Notes: generated from the sequence alone by a model not told the origin. Numbered from the stretch's first letter, positions 12,139 to 24,984 are shown. The stretch: DNA of 64,000 bases from Eledone cirrhosa (GCA_964016885.1 OZ024748.1:31248001-31312000), one strand, 5' to 3'. Numbers and translations are program-made.

Positions 12139-12235
12139 ATTGAAAGACTTCGCCAGGTGGTGCTATTAAGTTAGACATGGCCTGGGCCAATACTGGCCAA
12201 AACATTTCAAAGTTATTCAAAGTTATTCAAAGTTA

Positions 12236-12326
12236 TATGTATATATATGTATATATATGTATATATATGTATATAAATATATGTATATATATGTATATGT
12301 ATATATATATGTATATATATATGTAT

Positions 12327-12358
<32 letters not shown>

Positions 12359-12365
12359 GTATATG

Positions 12366-12414
<49 letters not shown>

Positions 12415-12495
12415 ATATGTATATATATACATATACATATATATACATATATACATATATATATATACATATATATATGTATATATATACATATA
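12236..12495. repeat. TA-based compound microsatellite
   Basis: Direct reading. Confidence 0.95.
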
Positions 12496-12744
12496 AGAGG
12501 AGACTCAGGTTGGCTGGACATGCTCACCGACATCCAGAGTTGACATTGCACTCAGTGCTCCTTTGGGAGCCCCTACATGGACACACTAGAAGAGGAAGAC
12601 CAAGGTTAACATATGTTGATGCCCTAAGGACAGACACTGGTCTGTTGGAGATGCAGGATATGGCAGCGATAATGAGGGACAGAGACCGCTGGAGAGAACT
12701 CGTCCATGGATCTGGGGAATTTTTCCCCCCTTTAGATAGATAGA
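12496..12744 (+). mobile_element. 5'-truncated RTE-clade LINE 3' end with (TAGA)n tail
   Basis: RRLRLAGH...[15 protein letters not shown]...MRDRDRWR; nearly identical to 40044-40343. Confidence 0.8.
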
Positions 12745-12887
12745 TACATATAAATATATATACATATATATATATATATATACATATATATATACATATA
12801 TATATATACATATACATATATATATATTATTATATACATATGTATATACATATATATATCTCTATATATATATATACAAATATACAT

Positions 12888-12921
<34 letters not shown>

Positions 12922-12997
12922 ACATATATATATATACATATGAAAGACGTAAAATAAGAACATTTTAAAAATTAAAAATCAACTTACTAATATTTTC

Positions 12998-13079
12998 ACT
13001 CCAACTAATTAGTTTCTGTAAGGGGATAAATATAGTTACGTAATAAAACTATAGAGAATTCCTTACGTCATCAGGGAGT
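12998..13079 (-). ncRNA. Minimal type I hammerhead ribozyme
   Basis: Reverse-complement copy of 13914-13995. Confidence 0.7.
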
Positions 13080-13913
13080 CTATTCTCAGCTAAGTTCCCA
13101 GGCGATGCGCGGACACTAGGAACCCATATAAAAATAATAATTCAGTGGATGGAATAAAGCTAGCGGGGACTAAATTCCAGAGCATTGAAAAAATTCACTG
13201 CCTCTGGTCAGTGGCAGATTCTAAAGAATCAATCACGTGACATTGAGGTTAATCAGTTAGGAGCGGGGTGGTATTATGACAAGAGCCTACTACTACCATG
13301 AATCAGCAGTAAATTTTGGCAAGTTTTGCTCAACAAATAATTTGGGGCTAAATATAGAGAATTAGTACATCTACCAACATGTGTCTACAGATGTACACCC
13401 ATGCTAGCAAATATATATGTTATGTCTTAGTACCTTTGTGGTTCTATGCAGGGGGATGCAGAACAATTATATGAAAGACGTAAAATAAGAAAATTTTTAA
13501 AATTAAAAATCAACTTACTAAAATTTTCACTCCAACTAATTAGTTTCTGTAAGGGGATAAATATAGTTACGTAATATAACTATAGAGAATTCCTTACGTC
13601 ATCAGTACACACATGTTGGTAGATGTACTAATTCTCTATACTTATCTCCAAATTATTTGTTGAGCAAAACTTGCCAAAATTTACTGCTGATTCATGGTAG
13701 TAGTAGGCTCTTGTCATAATACCACCCCGCTCCTAACTGATTAACCTCAGTGTCACGTGATTGATTCTTTAGAATCTGCCACTGACCAGAGGCAGTGAAT
13801 TTTTACAGTGCTCTGGAATTTAGTCCCCGCTAGCTTTATTCCATCCACTGAATTATTATTTTTATATGGGTTCCTAGTGTCCGCGCATCGCCTGGGAACT
13901 TAGCTGAGAATAG

Positions 13914-13995
13914 ACTCCCTGATGACGTAAGGAATTCTCCCTAGTTATATTACGTAACTATATTTATCCCCTTACAGAAACTAATTAGTTGGAGT
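13914..13995 (+). ncRNA. Minimal type I hammerhead ribozyme
   Basis: ACTCC-CTGATGA-CGTAAGG...CCTTACA-GAAA-CTAATTAG-TT-GGAGT; palindromic stem III, GUU triplet, C-A mismatch at the base of stem II. Confidence 0.72.
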
Positions 13996-14172
13996 GAAAA
14001 TTTTAGTAAGTAAGTTAATTTTTAATTTTTAAAATGTTCTTATTTTACGTCTTTCATATAATTGTTCTGCATCCCCCTGCATAGAACCACAAAGGTACTA
14101 AGACATAACATATATATTTTCTAGCATGGGTGTACATCTGTACACACATGTTGGTAGATGTACTAATTCTCT

Positions 14173-14772
<600 letters not shown>

Positions 14773-14774
<2 letters not shown>

Positions 14775-15140
14775 TAATAAAAGGAATTCCAACTTTGTCT
14801 GATTTACTCGTTTTATTTACAATCCTTTAAAATTTATAATTTTATTATAATGAAATAGTATGATAGAATATTATATGTTAAGTGTTAATTGAACAAGTAC
14901 TCTCATGCTTTCGCAATCATCAGGTTCATAATGTGTGGTGACATTCAGGTTTGCAATTTTCAACTGTTAAAAATTGCAAACTTGACTGTCACCACACATT
15001 ATGAACCTGAAGATTGCAAAAGCATGAAAGTACTTGTTCAATTAACACTTAATATTCTATCATACTATTTCATTATAATACCATTATAAATGTTAAAAGA
15101 TTGTAAATAAAACGAGCAAATCTGAATTCCTTTTATTAAT
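14773..15140. mobile_element. ~370-bp imperfect palindrome carrying a helix-II-less hammerhead-like motif in each arm
   Basis: Arms are symmetric about ~14965. Minus strand 14891-14927 reads GAAC-CTGATGA-TTGC-GAAA-GCATGAGAGTAC-TT-GTTC; the plus arm 15003-15039 has GAAA changed to AAAA. Confidence 0.6.
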
Positions 15141-15170
15141 ATAATCTTCTATACACAATCATACACACCC

Positions 15171-15434
15171 GTGTATATTTATCTATCTATATATCTATAT
15201 ATATATATATATATTTATATATGTATATACATATATATATATACATACATATATATACATATACATATATATATACATACATATATATACATATATATAT
15301 ATACATATACATATATATATACATATAAATATATGTATATACATATATACATATATATATATATACATATATATATATACATATATATATATACACATAT
15401 ACATATATATACATATATATATATATACATATAC

Positions 15435-15468
<34 letters not shown>

Positions 15469-15528
15469 ATATATACATATATACATATATATATACATAT
15501 ATATATATATACATATATACATATATAT

Positions 15529-15575
<47 letters not shown>

Positions 15576-15612
15576 TATATACATATATAGATATATCTAT
15601 ATATATATATAT

Positions 15613-15645
<33 letters not shown>

Positions 15646-15769
15646 TATATACATATATATATATACATATATACATATATATATACATATATATACATAT
15701 ATATATACATATATATATACATATATACATATATACATATATACATATATATATATACATATATATACA

Positions 15770-15801
<32 letters not shown>

Positions 15802-15884
15802 CATATATACATATATATATATACATATATATATACATATATATATGTATATATATATATACATACATATATATATACATATAC

Positions 15885-15923
<39 letters not shown>

Positions 15924-15989
15924 TATTTATATATATACATATATATTTATATATATACATATATATATATATACACATAAATATATACA

Positions 15990-16039
<50 letters not shown>

Positions 16040-16050
16040 CATATATATAT
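15171..16050. repeat. TA-based compound microsatellite
   Basis: Direct reading. Confidence 0.97.
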
Positions 16051-16214
16051 AGTATTAAGGGTACTATTTATGGTTATGTATGCAATAAAACCTTTAATGG
16101 TAATATATTATATATACAAGCCCTAAATAGTGAAAGATAGTCATTAATTAATATCCTATTACCAGTAAGATAAATAGCTCAATGTAATAACATCAGTTGT
16201 TTTACAGAGCAGTT

Positions 16215-17106
16215 ATATAGAGATTACAATAATCAAAGTTCAGTTTAAGTCATTTATTTGCTTACAATTGTTTCCTCCAAACCGAGGTTTGGATTCTTCG
16301 GAGCAACTATTTACTGATCTATAACATACTTGACCTCCTTTTCAACCCAAGAGACACATAAAACATATGCGCATATTGATCAACAGTGGGGTGACATTCA
16401 TCAAAAGATATAGCATGGCAATTTACATATAAAGGTTGCAGGATAAAAATAAAAACAAGAATGAAAATAAAAATGAAAATAAAGATAAACATGAAGCGTT
16501 GGCAGTCTATGAAGATAAAGCAAGAGGAAAGTTTAGAGTAGTCAGTGTATGAAACAATCTCACGTGTAGCATGCACGCGTGTCTTATTTATACATGATTA
16601 GAGTGCGTCAGAATGATATTTGCAGGGTCAGGCAGTTGAAGCAGGCAATCGATCTTATTATGTGGGTTGAATTATCAAGTCATTTATTCTCATACATCTG
16701 TATGATATACAGTCTCGGATGCAGGGGAACACCAAAATATCAAAAACTTTCAACATACTATAAACCTTATTGTATCGTAGGCAAAGCCGTACCACTGTCT
16801 TCACTCACACCTAGACTGTCAACGCTTCATGTTTATCTTTATTTTCATTTTTATTTTCATTCTTGTTTTTATTTTTATCCTACAACCTTTATATGTAAAT
16901 TGCCATGCTATATCTTTTGATGAATGTCACCCGACTGTTGATCAATATGCGCATATGTTTTATGTGTCTCTTGGGTTGAAAAGGAGGTCAAGTATGTTAT
17001 AGATCAGTAAATAGTTGCTCCGAAGAATCCAAACCTCGGTTTGGAGGAAACAATTGTAAGCAAATAAATGACTTAAACTGAACTTTGATTATTGTAATCT
17101 CTATAT
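16215..17106. mobile_element. Element with ~295-bp inverted arms, each with a minimal hammerhead (inverted PLE pLTR remnant)
   Basis: 16215-16509 is the reverse complement of 16812-17106; hammerheads lie at 16258-16306 (-) and 17015-17063 (+). Confidence 0.75.
17015..17063 (+). ncRNA. Minimal type I hammerhead ribozyme (CCGAAGA core)
   Basis: TTGCT-CCGAAGA-ATCCAAACCTCGGTTTGGAG-GAAA-CAATTG-TA-AGCAA. Confidence 0.72.
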
Positions 17107-17517
<411 letters not shown>

Positions 17518-17520
<3 letters not shown>

Positions 17521-19846
17521 CCGGGACGTTATCCAGCCTTAACTTCTACAAGGCTAACTGGAGAAAGATTAAGAGAGAAATCCGGAAGAAAACATGGAGT
17601 GAAAAGACCGCCACACAGGACACTAACACACAATTTCAACACTTCAAGACAACGATATACACTATATGCAAAAGGTTTGTCCTGGAGAAAAAGGCAAGCA
17701 GACACAAAAATCTTATTCCCAGAGATAGGAAAATCCTTATGAGACGTAGAACCAAACTCTCAAACAAGTTGAATAATCAACAAAACAAAAACAAGAAGGA
17801 ATCCTATTTGAAATATTCATTACTTGGCACCGAGATTGCACTCAAGCTTTCCCATGAGAATGAGAGGGCAAAGAAAGAGAACAGGGCCATAGAAAATATT
17901 AAAACAAACCCTAAGGCCTTCTTTAAATTTGCAAAAGAAACTGCCTCAGTACACTGCAAGATTGGGCCACTCTTCCATACGGACGGTTCATTAACCGAAA
18001 ACCCCCAAGAGATATGTGAAATACTGAACGAACAGTATAAAAATGTGTTCACATGTCCACTGAGGCACATGCAAATAACGAAGCCAGAGGAGTTCTTTGA
18101 TGCCACAACATTACATAAAGAAATGGAAACCATCAACCACATAGACATAACGGAGGAGGATGTGGTGTACGCCATTGATGAAATTAGAACAGACTCGGCT
18201 GCTGGACCTGATGGATTCCCAGCAGTTCTCTTAAAAATATGTAAGCGGGCCTTAGCAACTCCACTGAAGATGCTCTTCAGAAGCTCCTTGGCTAGCGGTG
18301 TACTACCCAGGGAGCTGAAATAAGGCACAATATGCCCTATCCATAAAGGAGGTAGCAGAGCGGAGGCCAAAAACTATAGGCCAGTCTCCCTGACGTCGCA
18401 TATCAGTAAAGTCATGGAGCGAGTCTTCAGAAAGAAACTGATCACTTTCCTCGAAGAAAATGACCGCCTGACTAGCACCCAACATGGCTTCCGCCCAGGA
18501 GGAAGCTGCCTTACACAGCTGCTACATCACTACGACTGGGTACTGAAACAACTACTAGACAGCTCACATGTGGACGTGATATATCTTGACATAGCGAAGG
18601 CCTATGACAAGGTCGACCACGGAATATGTCACAAACTACACGGACTCGGCATAACTGGAAAAGTAGGTGAGTGGCTGCATGGCTTCCTAAGGGACAGAAG
18701 CCAGGCAGTCGCAGCAAATGGGGCCCTCTCAAAGGAAACACCAATAACAAGTGGGGTGCCCCAGGGAACAGTCCTGGGACTACTACTGTTTTTGGTGGCT
18801 CTCTTAGACATGCCCTCTGTAGTACATACAACAACATCCCTCACTAGCTATGCTGATGACACTAAGGTAGCACAGGCAATCAAAAACCCGGCTGACGCTG
18901 CCCTTTTACAGCAGGATCTGGATGCCATATACAAATGGGCGGAAGAAAACAACATGCAGTTTAATGCTGGCAAATTCCAAGCCCTACAATGCAAACCTCC
19001 AAACAAACATGCAAACACAAATATAGTACAACACAAATACACAGGACCAGGATGGACCGATATACCCGTGTCAAAATCGATACGAGACCTGGGCATAGAC
19101 ATGAGCGATGATGCATCTTTTTCTTCACACATCATGAAAGTGGCGACAATGTGCAGACGACTCGCTGGCTGGATCTTGAGGACTTTCCGGACAAGAGATC
19201 GAGACACCATGTTGACACTATGGAGGACATTTGTCCTAAGCCGCCTGGTCTACTGCTCCCAGTAGTGGTCACCCCATAGTGTCAAACTAACCACGGAGCT
19301 TGAGGCAATTCAGCGAAGCTACACCAAGAGGATTGCCAAGATGAGGGAGACAAGCTACTGGAAAAGGCTAAAGGAACTGAACCTCTACTCCTTGGAACGA
19401 AGACGGGAGAGATACGCAGTGATCTACATGTGGAAACTCCTGGAGGGACTAGCACCAACCTTTGGCATTGGGAGCTGGACCAACCGTCGAACAGGACGTC
19501 ACTGTGTGGTGCCAAAGGTCCCGTCTTCCACATCTAGAATAAGGAGCAGGTATTGCAATAGCCTGGGATTCAAGGGCCCTCAACTCTTCAACAGGCTGCC
19601 GAGGGATCTGAGAGATTTGCATGACGTGGAGGTGGATGTCTTCAAGAAACATCTCGACACCTTGTTATCCAGGATCCCGGATGAGCCCACAGCAAGACAC
19701 GAGGGAAACCTAAGGGCAGCAGCAATAAACTCCCTCTTACACCAGTGGCCAACCTATACAGGCTGCAGATAAAATGTGTAGCAACAAGGGCGGTGCCCCA
19801 GCATGGCCTCAGCCGGATGGCTGAAACAGGTAAAAGAGTAAAAAGA
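17518..19846 (+). mobile_element. 5'-truncated, decayed CR1-like LINE (RT region), a different family from 7861-12235
   Basis: [48 protein letters not shown]; in-frame stops near 18321 and 19263. Confidence 0.9.
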
Positions 19847-19904
19847 TATATATATATATGTATATATATGTATATATATGTATATATATATATATATATA
19901 TATT

Positions 19905-20620
19905 GTAAGAATATTTTCGAAACAGCGAGTGGGTTTGAAACTATTAGAAATGTAAGCTATCGCCGTATTTGGACTAAAGAAATTAAAGAAATTATTTAGC
20001 CTGATAGTGGGGTTAAGAACCCTCGGAGAAATGGAAAAAGATGAACATTGTCGTACATGAGAGTCGAACCCACATATTTGGTTATCCGGACCACTGTGCT
20101 ACCATTTACACCAACACATCACCCGTCTTTTTCCATTCAAATTAGAAGCTATAAACTTAGCTACTGTAATGTCAAGTAAGAATATTTTCGAAAAAGCGAG
20201 TGAGTTTGAAATTATTAGAAATGTAAGCTATCGCCGTATTTGGACTAAAGAAATTAAAGAAATTATTTAGCCTGATAGTGGGGTTAAGAACCCTCGGAGA
20301 AATTGAATAATTTCTTTAATTCATTTAGTCCAAATACGGCGATAGTTTGCATTTCTAATAATTTCAAACCAACTCGCTGTTTCGAAAATATTCTTATTTA
20401 ACATTACAGTCGCTAAGTTTATAGCTTCTAATTTGAATGGGAAAAGACGGGTGTAAATGGTAGCACAGTGGTCCGAAATACCAAAGATGTGGGTTCGACT
20501 CCTATGTACGTCAATATTCATCTTTTTCCATTTCTCCAAAGGTTCTTAACCCCACTATCAGGCTAAATAATTTCTTTAATTTCTTTTGTCCAAATACGGC
20601 GATAGCTTACATTTCTAATA
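19905..20620. mobile_element. 271-bp tRNA-containing repeat in partial tandem + inverted arrangement
   Basis: GTAAGAATATTTTCGAAA at 19905 and 20176; inverted copy at ~20306-20620. Confidence 0.7.
20049..20120 (-). pseudogene. tRNA-derived sequence (SINE-head-like cloverleaf with Pol III A/B boxes)
   Basis: GATGTGT-TG-GTGTAAATGGTAGCAC-A-GTGGTCCGGATAACCAA-ATAT-GTGGGTTCGACTCTCAT-GTACGAC, followed by TTTTT. The anticodon loop differs in the second, partial copy (20450-20512). Confidence 0.65.
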
Positions 20621-20773
20621 AAGTGTATTGCAAAATAGACTATATATACATTCATATATATATGGCTATTTCAGAGCACCAATTCTAATTTTTAATTTCT
20701 GCTTGACCGGAAACCGCTCTGTATAATCAGTTCCTGATTATTTACTAGAATTCTATAAGAACATAACATCCGT

Positions 20774-20870
20774 AATTTCAGCAGACGGGAGGAGTAGTTA
20801 GCTTTGATAAGCATCAATAAATGCAGAAACAAGGCCTTGTCAGCTTTATCTCCCCCTGTTTGCTGAAATT
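20774..20870 (+). ncRNA. Type I hammerhead ribozyme, U3-A8 variant, extended stem I (monomer 1)
   Basis: AGCT-TTGATAA-GCAT(CAATAA)ATGC-A-GAAA-CAAGGCCTTG-TC-AGCT inside the stem AATTTCAGCAGACGGG/CCTGTTTGCTGAAATT. Confidence 0.78.
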
Positions 20871-21016
20871 AAAGTAAGTGAGTCTGTCACTACTCTAAAG
20901 CATACGGTCTTCAAAATGCTTTTAATTAAGCATAAAGTGTATTGCAAAATACACTATATATACATTCATATATTTACTGATTATTTACTAGATTTCTATA
21001 AGAATATAACATCATT

Positions 21017-21110
21017 GATCTCAGCAGACGGGCGGGGTAGTTGGCCTTGATAAGCTTCAACAAAAGCGAAACATGTCATGTCGGCTTATCTCCTCCTGTT
21101 TGCTGAGATC
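21017..21110 (+). ncRNA. Type I hammerhead ribozyme, U3-A8 variant (monomer 2)
   Basis: GGCC-TTGATAA-GCTT(CAACAA)AAGC-GAAA-CATGTCATG-TC-GGCT inside GATCTCAGCAGACGGG/CCTGTTTGCTGAGATC. Confidence 0.82.
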
Positions 21111-21333
21111 GAAGTGAGTGAATTTGTCACTACTTTAAAAAAATAGCTTACGGTCTTCAAAATGCTTTTAATTAAGCATAAAGTGTATTGCAAAATACAT
21201 TATATTTACATCCATATATATATTGCTATTTCAGAGCTACAATTCTAATTTTTAATTTCTGCCTGACCAACAACCGCTCTGCATAATCAGCTCCTGATTA
21301 TTTACTAGATTTCTATAAGAATATAACATCATT

Positions 21334-21426
21334 GATCTCAGCAGACGGGCGGGTAGTTGGCCTTGATAAGCTTCAACAAAAGCGAAACATGTCATGTCGG
21401 CTTATCTCCTCCTGTTTGCTGAGATC
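21334..21426 (+). ncRNA. Type I hammerhead ribozyme, U3-A8 variant (monomer 3)
   Basis: Same core and stems as monomer 2. Confidence 0.82.
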
Positions 21427-21527
21427 GAAGTGAGTGAATTTGTCACTACTTTAAAACAATAGCTTACGGTCTTCAAAATGCTTTTAATTAAGCATAAAGT
21501 GTATTGCAAAATACATTATATTTACAT

Positions 21528-21577
<50 letters not shown>

Positions 21578-21852
21578 TTCGTTTCTGAATTTGTTTAGCA
21601 AGATTCTTTATCTGAAATCGTGTGTTGAAACCGATATTGCTATACTTTGGGAGGGTCATGTTGCCAATAAGAAACACACGCACCAGTTGCTTTCACTTCA
21701 ATTTATTATATATTTATAAATTTATAAATTTACAAATCTACAAACTTATAAATTTCTGGTTGGTTGGTTGGTTCCACAACCAGATAGTTGTTTATAGTCC
21801 TTTCGTCATAGTCCTTTCGTCACACACTCGTTGTTTATAGTCCTTTCGTCAT

Positions 21853-21897
21853 AGTCATAGTCCTTTCGTCACACACTCTGTGACCTCTTCAGTGACT
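21853..21897 (-). ncRNA. Minimal hammerhead ribozyme in the 3' UTR of the second PLE
   Basis: AGTCA-CTGAAGA-GGTCAC(AGAGTGT)GTGAC-GAAA-GGAC-TA-TGACT; stem III is very short. Confidence 0.62.
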
Positions 21898-22101
21898 GGG
21901 GATTCCTTTCTTTGTTTATGTGCCTTTCCTTTCTTCTGTCCTACGCCATTTTGTTTCTGTGTGTGTGTTGTGTGCTCAGTTTGCGCATGCGCGACATCCG
22001 GGTCTCTGTGTGTGTTTGTGTTCATTTATCTATTTGTTTATTTATTTCCATGTTGTTGGTTGGTTGTTTGTTCTATGTGTGTGTGTGTTTTCATTTTGTC
22101 C

Positions 22102-23040
22102 TTAATTGTAAGTTGTGATGTTGCTGTTCCACTCATATTTTCTATTTAATTTTGGTTGGAGTTCATTTATGTTTATTGCTTCTGTGATTTGTCTAAACAT
22201 TGCCTCTTTTCTGTGTGTAGATTCTATTTATATTTCTATGTTGTCTAATTTACCCTTATGTCCTATTTTAGCATATTGGTAGAGTACAGATGATTTTTTA
22301 CTATCTTGAAGCTCTCGCCAGTGTTCATTTATCCGTTCCCCTATACTACGAGCTGTCTCACCTATGTACTGTATATATTCTTATCTCTACATTGTCCTTC
22401 AGTACATCTTATGCTATATACTACATTTCTAGTTTTACAGTTAATATGAGGGCTTATTTTACAGGTTATACATTTCTTATCTATACATGAGGGTCTTTGG
22501 AACGGGTATGTCTTGCTAATAAGTGTTTTTACGGAGGTACCTGGTCTTTCTACTATCTTAATATTGAGTTTATGTTTATTTAGGGCCCTTCTAAATTTGT
22601 AGGCTAGTTCGCCTCTAGGGGTTGTATTGATGAACATTACACTCTGGTATTTATTGCTATCATACCATGAGTTTATTCTATTGGCTTTGTTCCTAGTTCT
22701 TTCTATTCTATTCCAAAATGTGCTCCTATACAAGGGGCAGGTCCCATTTATGTCATTACTTACCATTTTTTCCCATTTGGTTCTGGCTCCTCTATACACT
22801 CTGATTCTATCTCTCTGATTGTAGCCAGAGAACTGCATACGGTGGATGAAGTGTTGTATGTGTCTCTCTAGTTCTTCGGGGTTGCACATGCGGGACACAT
22901 TTCTCATCACCCGTACCAAATCCGCAATCAGTATGTTGATTTTGGTATGGTCCGAAATGGCCGAGTTTCGGTGGATCAGATGTTTGGAAGTCATGGGTTT
23001 GGCATAATGGGAATGGAGGATTTGTTTTTGGTTGTTAATG
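22102..23040 (-). pseudogene. Decayed PLE C-terminus (RT thumb + Cys linker + GIY-YIG), Nematis-like
   Basis: YAKPMTS...SA...K, FINTTPRGEL, KIVERPG, CxxxxCxxC, NVVYSIRC. After a frameshift near 22370 it continues YIGETARSIGERINEH...RQITEAINI...PKLNRKYEW. The 5' part is cut off by the NUMT array. Confidence 0.85.
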
Positions 23041-24784
23041 ATAATAACCATAAAATAACTTTGAAATATTTTCCTTTCAAAAATATCATTACAATATATC
23101 ATCCCTAAAAATTGAAAATCTTTCGTGCCCATAAGAACCCTATATATTAATTTATAAAGACCAATTATATAGCTTAATTTAACAAAATAAATTAACTACA
23201 AAATTAAATCTATATTATTTTAAAATAATATATAAGTATAAAACAACCAAAAATTAATTATATATATATCTATACCCGATACGAACGAAATTTATAAATT
23301 CCAGTATATATATATTTTTTTTTGATATCTAAATTAACTTAGTATATATTGAAGAAAAAACAAATAATCTAACTAACCTGAGGCAGATCTTGTTATAATA
23401 CCAGAGGCACAAATAAATATTATTATATGATAAATTAAAGTACTTTTATAAGTTATCATAATTAAAATACATTATAACTATATTGATTATAATACGGATT
23501 ATATTACGGATTATATTACGGATTGTATTACGGATTATATTACGGATTTATTTATAAAACAAATAATAATAATTAAATAATAATAAATTTATTAATATCT
23601 TAGTATAGATTTGTTATTTAAAACAATTTTATTTAAAAGCAGGGATACAAATATAGGTTATAACGTATAACATTTATTTATTTAAAAGCAGGGATACAAT
23701 ATAAATTAAAATAATCATATATAATTTAATTAATTAAATAAAATTTAATTTAAAAATAATATTAATTTAGATTTAATGATAATAAAAGAATAGAATTTTA
23801 TTCCACTTTACAAGAAGATTTTCCCAAATTTATATTAAAACCAATTATTAATTATAATTTAATTATAATACACACTCAAATGTCTATATAATAAACTAGC
23901 TACCATAAAAATAGAATAGCATTTCACTACCATTTATTATTAAATATATAACATTACCACGTTAAAAAATCAATATAATAAATAAATCTTCCTATTTCGA
24001 GAACCTAATATATATTTATTAATATTATTAATCTATTATTATTAATCTATTATACATTATTAATCTATTATACAAAAGATACAATCATTAATATTTACTA
24101 TACATTAATTTTTTTAAACACCCTTTTCAGTACAATCAATTTTAACATTCTTCTAACCCTCTTACTAATTCTATTTAAAATTTTTAATCTAAACTATTTA
24201 AATAATAACTATATTATTAACTTTCAAAAATAATTAAATCAATAAATATTTTCTCAACGTAAGTGAGACACATTATACTTATGTTAATTCTTGTAATTTA
24301 TTATCCAGAAACAATTTCCATTACCTCTACTATGTTACGACTTACCTTATCTAAATAACAAGAGTGACGGGCGATATGTACACCCTACAAAACCATTATA
24401 CACACTAATTAAAAATTACTATTAAGTCCAGCTTTCTATAAAAATATATAATTTTAAATCCGGAACAAAATAAAATTAACTATAGTAGCTCATTAAACCT
24501 TTTTTATAAGCTGCATTATGACTTGACATAAAAATTTAAATATTTTCTAGTCTTTTAACATAATTCTTAAAACATAAACTGACGACCGCAATATACAAAC
24601 TGAAATTATATACAATTTCAAAAAAAAGTTAGTTTAAATTGAGGATTATCAAATAAATTAACAAGCTCCCCTAATTGGATATGTAGAACACCAAACTTTT
24701 CAAAAATATCATTACAATATATCATCCCTAAAAATTGAAAATCTTTCGTGCCCATTACACCATAAGAACCCTTAAATAAAATCC

Positions 24785-24839
<55 letters not shown>

Positions 24840-24984
24840 TATTTATTATATAAACATTTACAATTATTATTATTATTATTAATTTTATATACTAAATAAT
24901 CAAAAAAATAATAACCATAATATAACTTTGAAATATTTTCCTTTCAAAAATATCAAACAATATATTAAAACATTTTTTTTTTAA

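Larger units (their letters stand above)
7861..12235 (+). mobile_element. Near full-length CR1-like non-LTR retrotransposon (LINE)
   Basis: ORF1 plus APE-RT ORF2, a short 3' UTR and a tandem (AAAGTTATTC) tail at ~12208-12235. Flanked by TA microsatellites; the 5' boundary is approximate. Confidence 0.88.
12941..14172. mobile_element. Non-coding ~530-bp hammerhead-bearing element in tandem + inverted arrangement (non-autonomous PLE/retrozyme-like)
   Basis: Minus copies start at 12941 and 13472, the inversion junction is at 13605/13606, and the plus copies have a ~535-bp period (13606, 14141). Confidence 0.75.
20619..21530 (+). mobile_element. Tandem array of ~315-bp hammerhead-containing monomers (non-LTR retrozyme-like)
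   Basis: TAAAGTGTATTGCAAAATA at 20619, 20933, 21179 and 21495; one hammerhead per monomer. Confidence 0.8.

Noticed and set aside
20049-20120. Functional nuclear tRNA gene
   Set aside because: Mismatched acceptor stem, non-canonical anticodon loop that differs between copies, and embedded in a repeat.
23041-23132. N-terminus (MGTKDFQF...) of ORF 22362-23132 as a novel fusion protein
   Set aside because: Chance read-through from NUMT trnE/control-region sequence into a truncated, frameshifted PLE.
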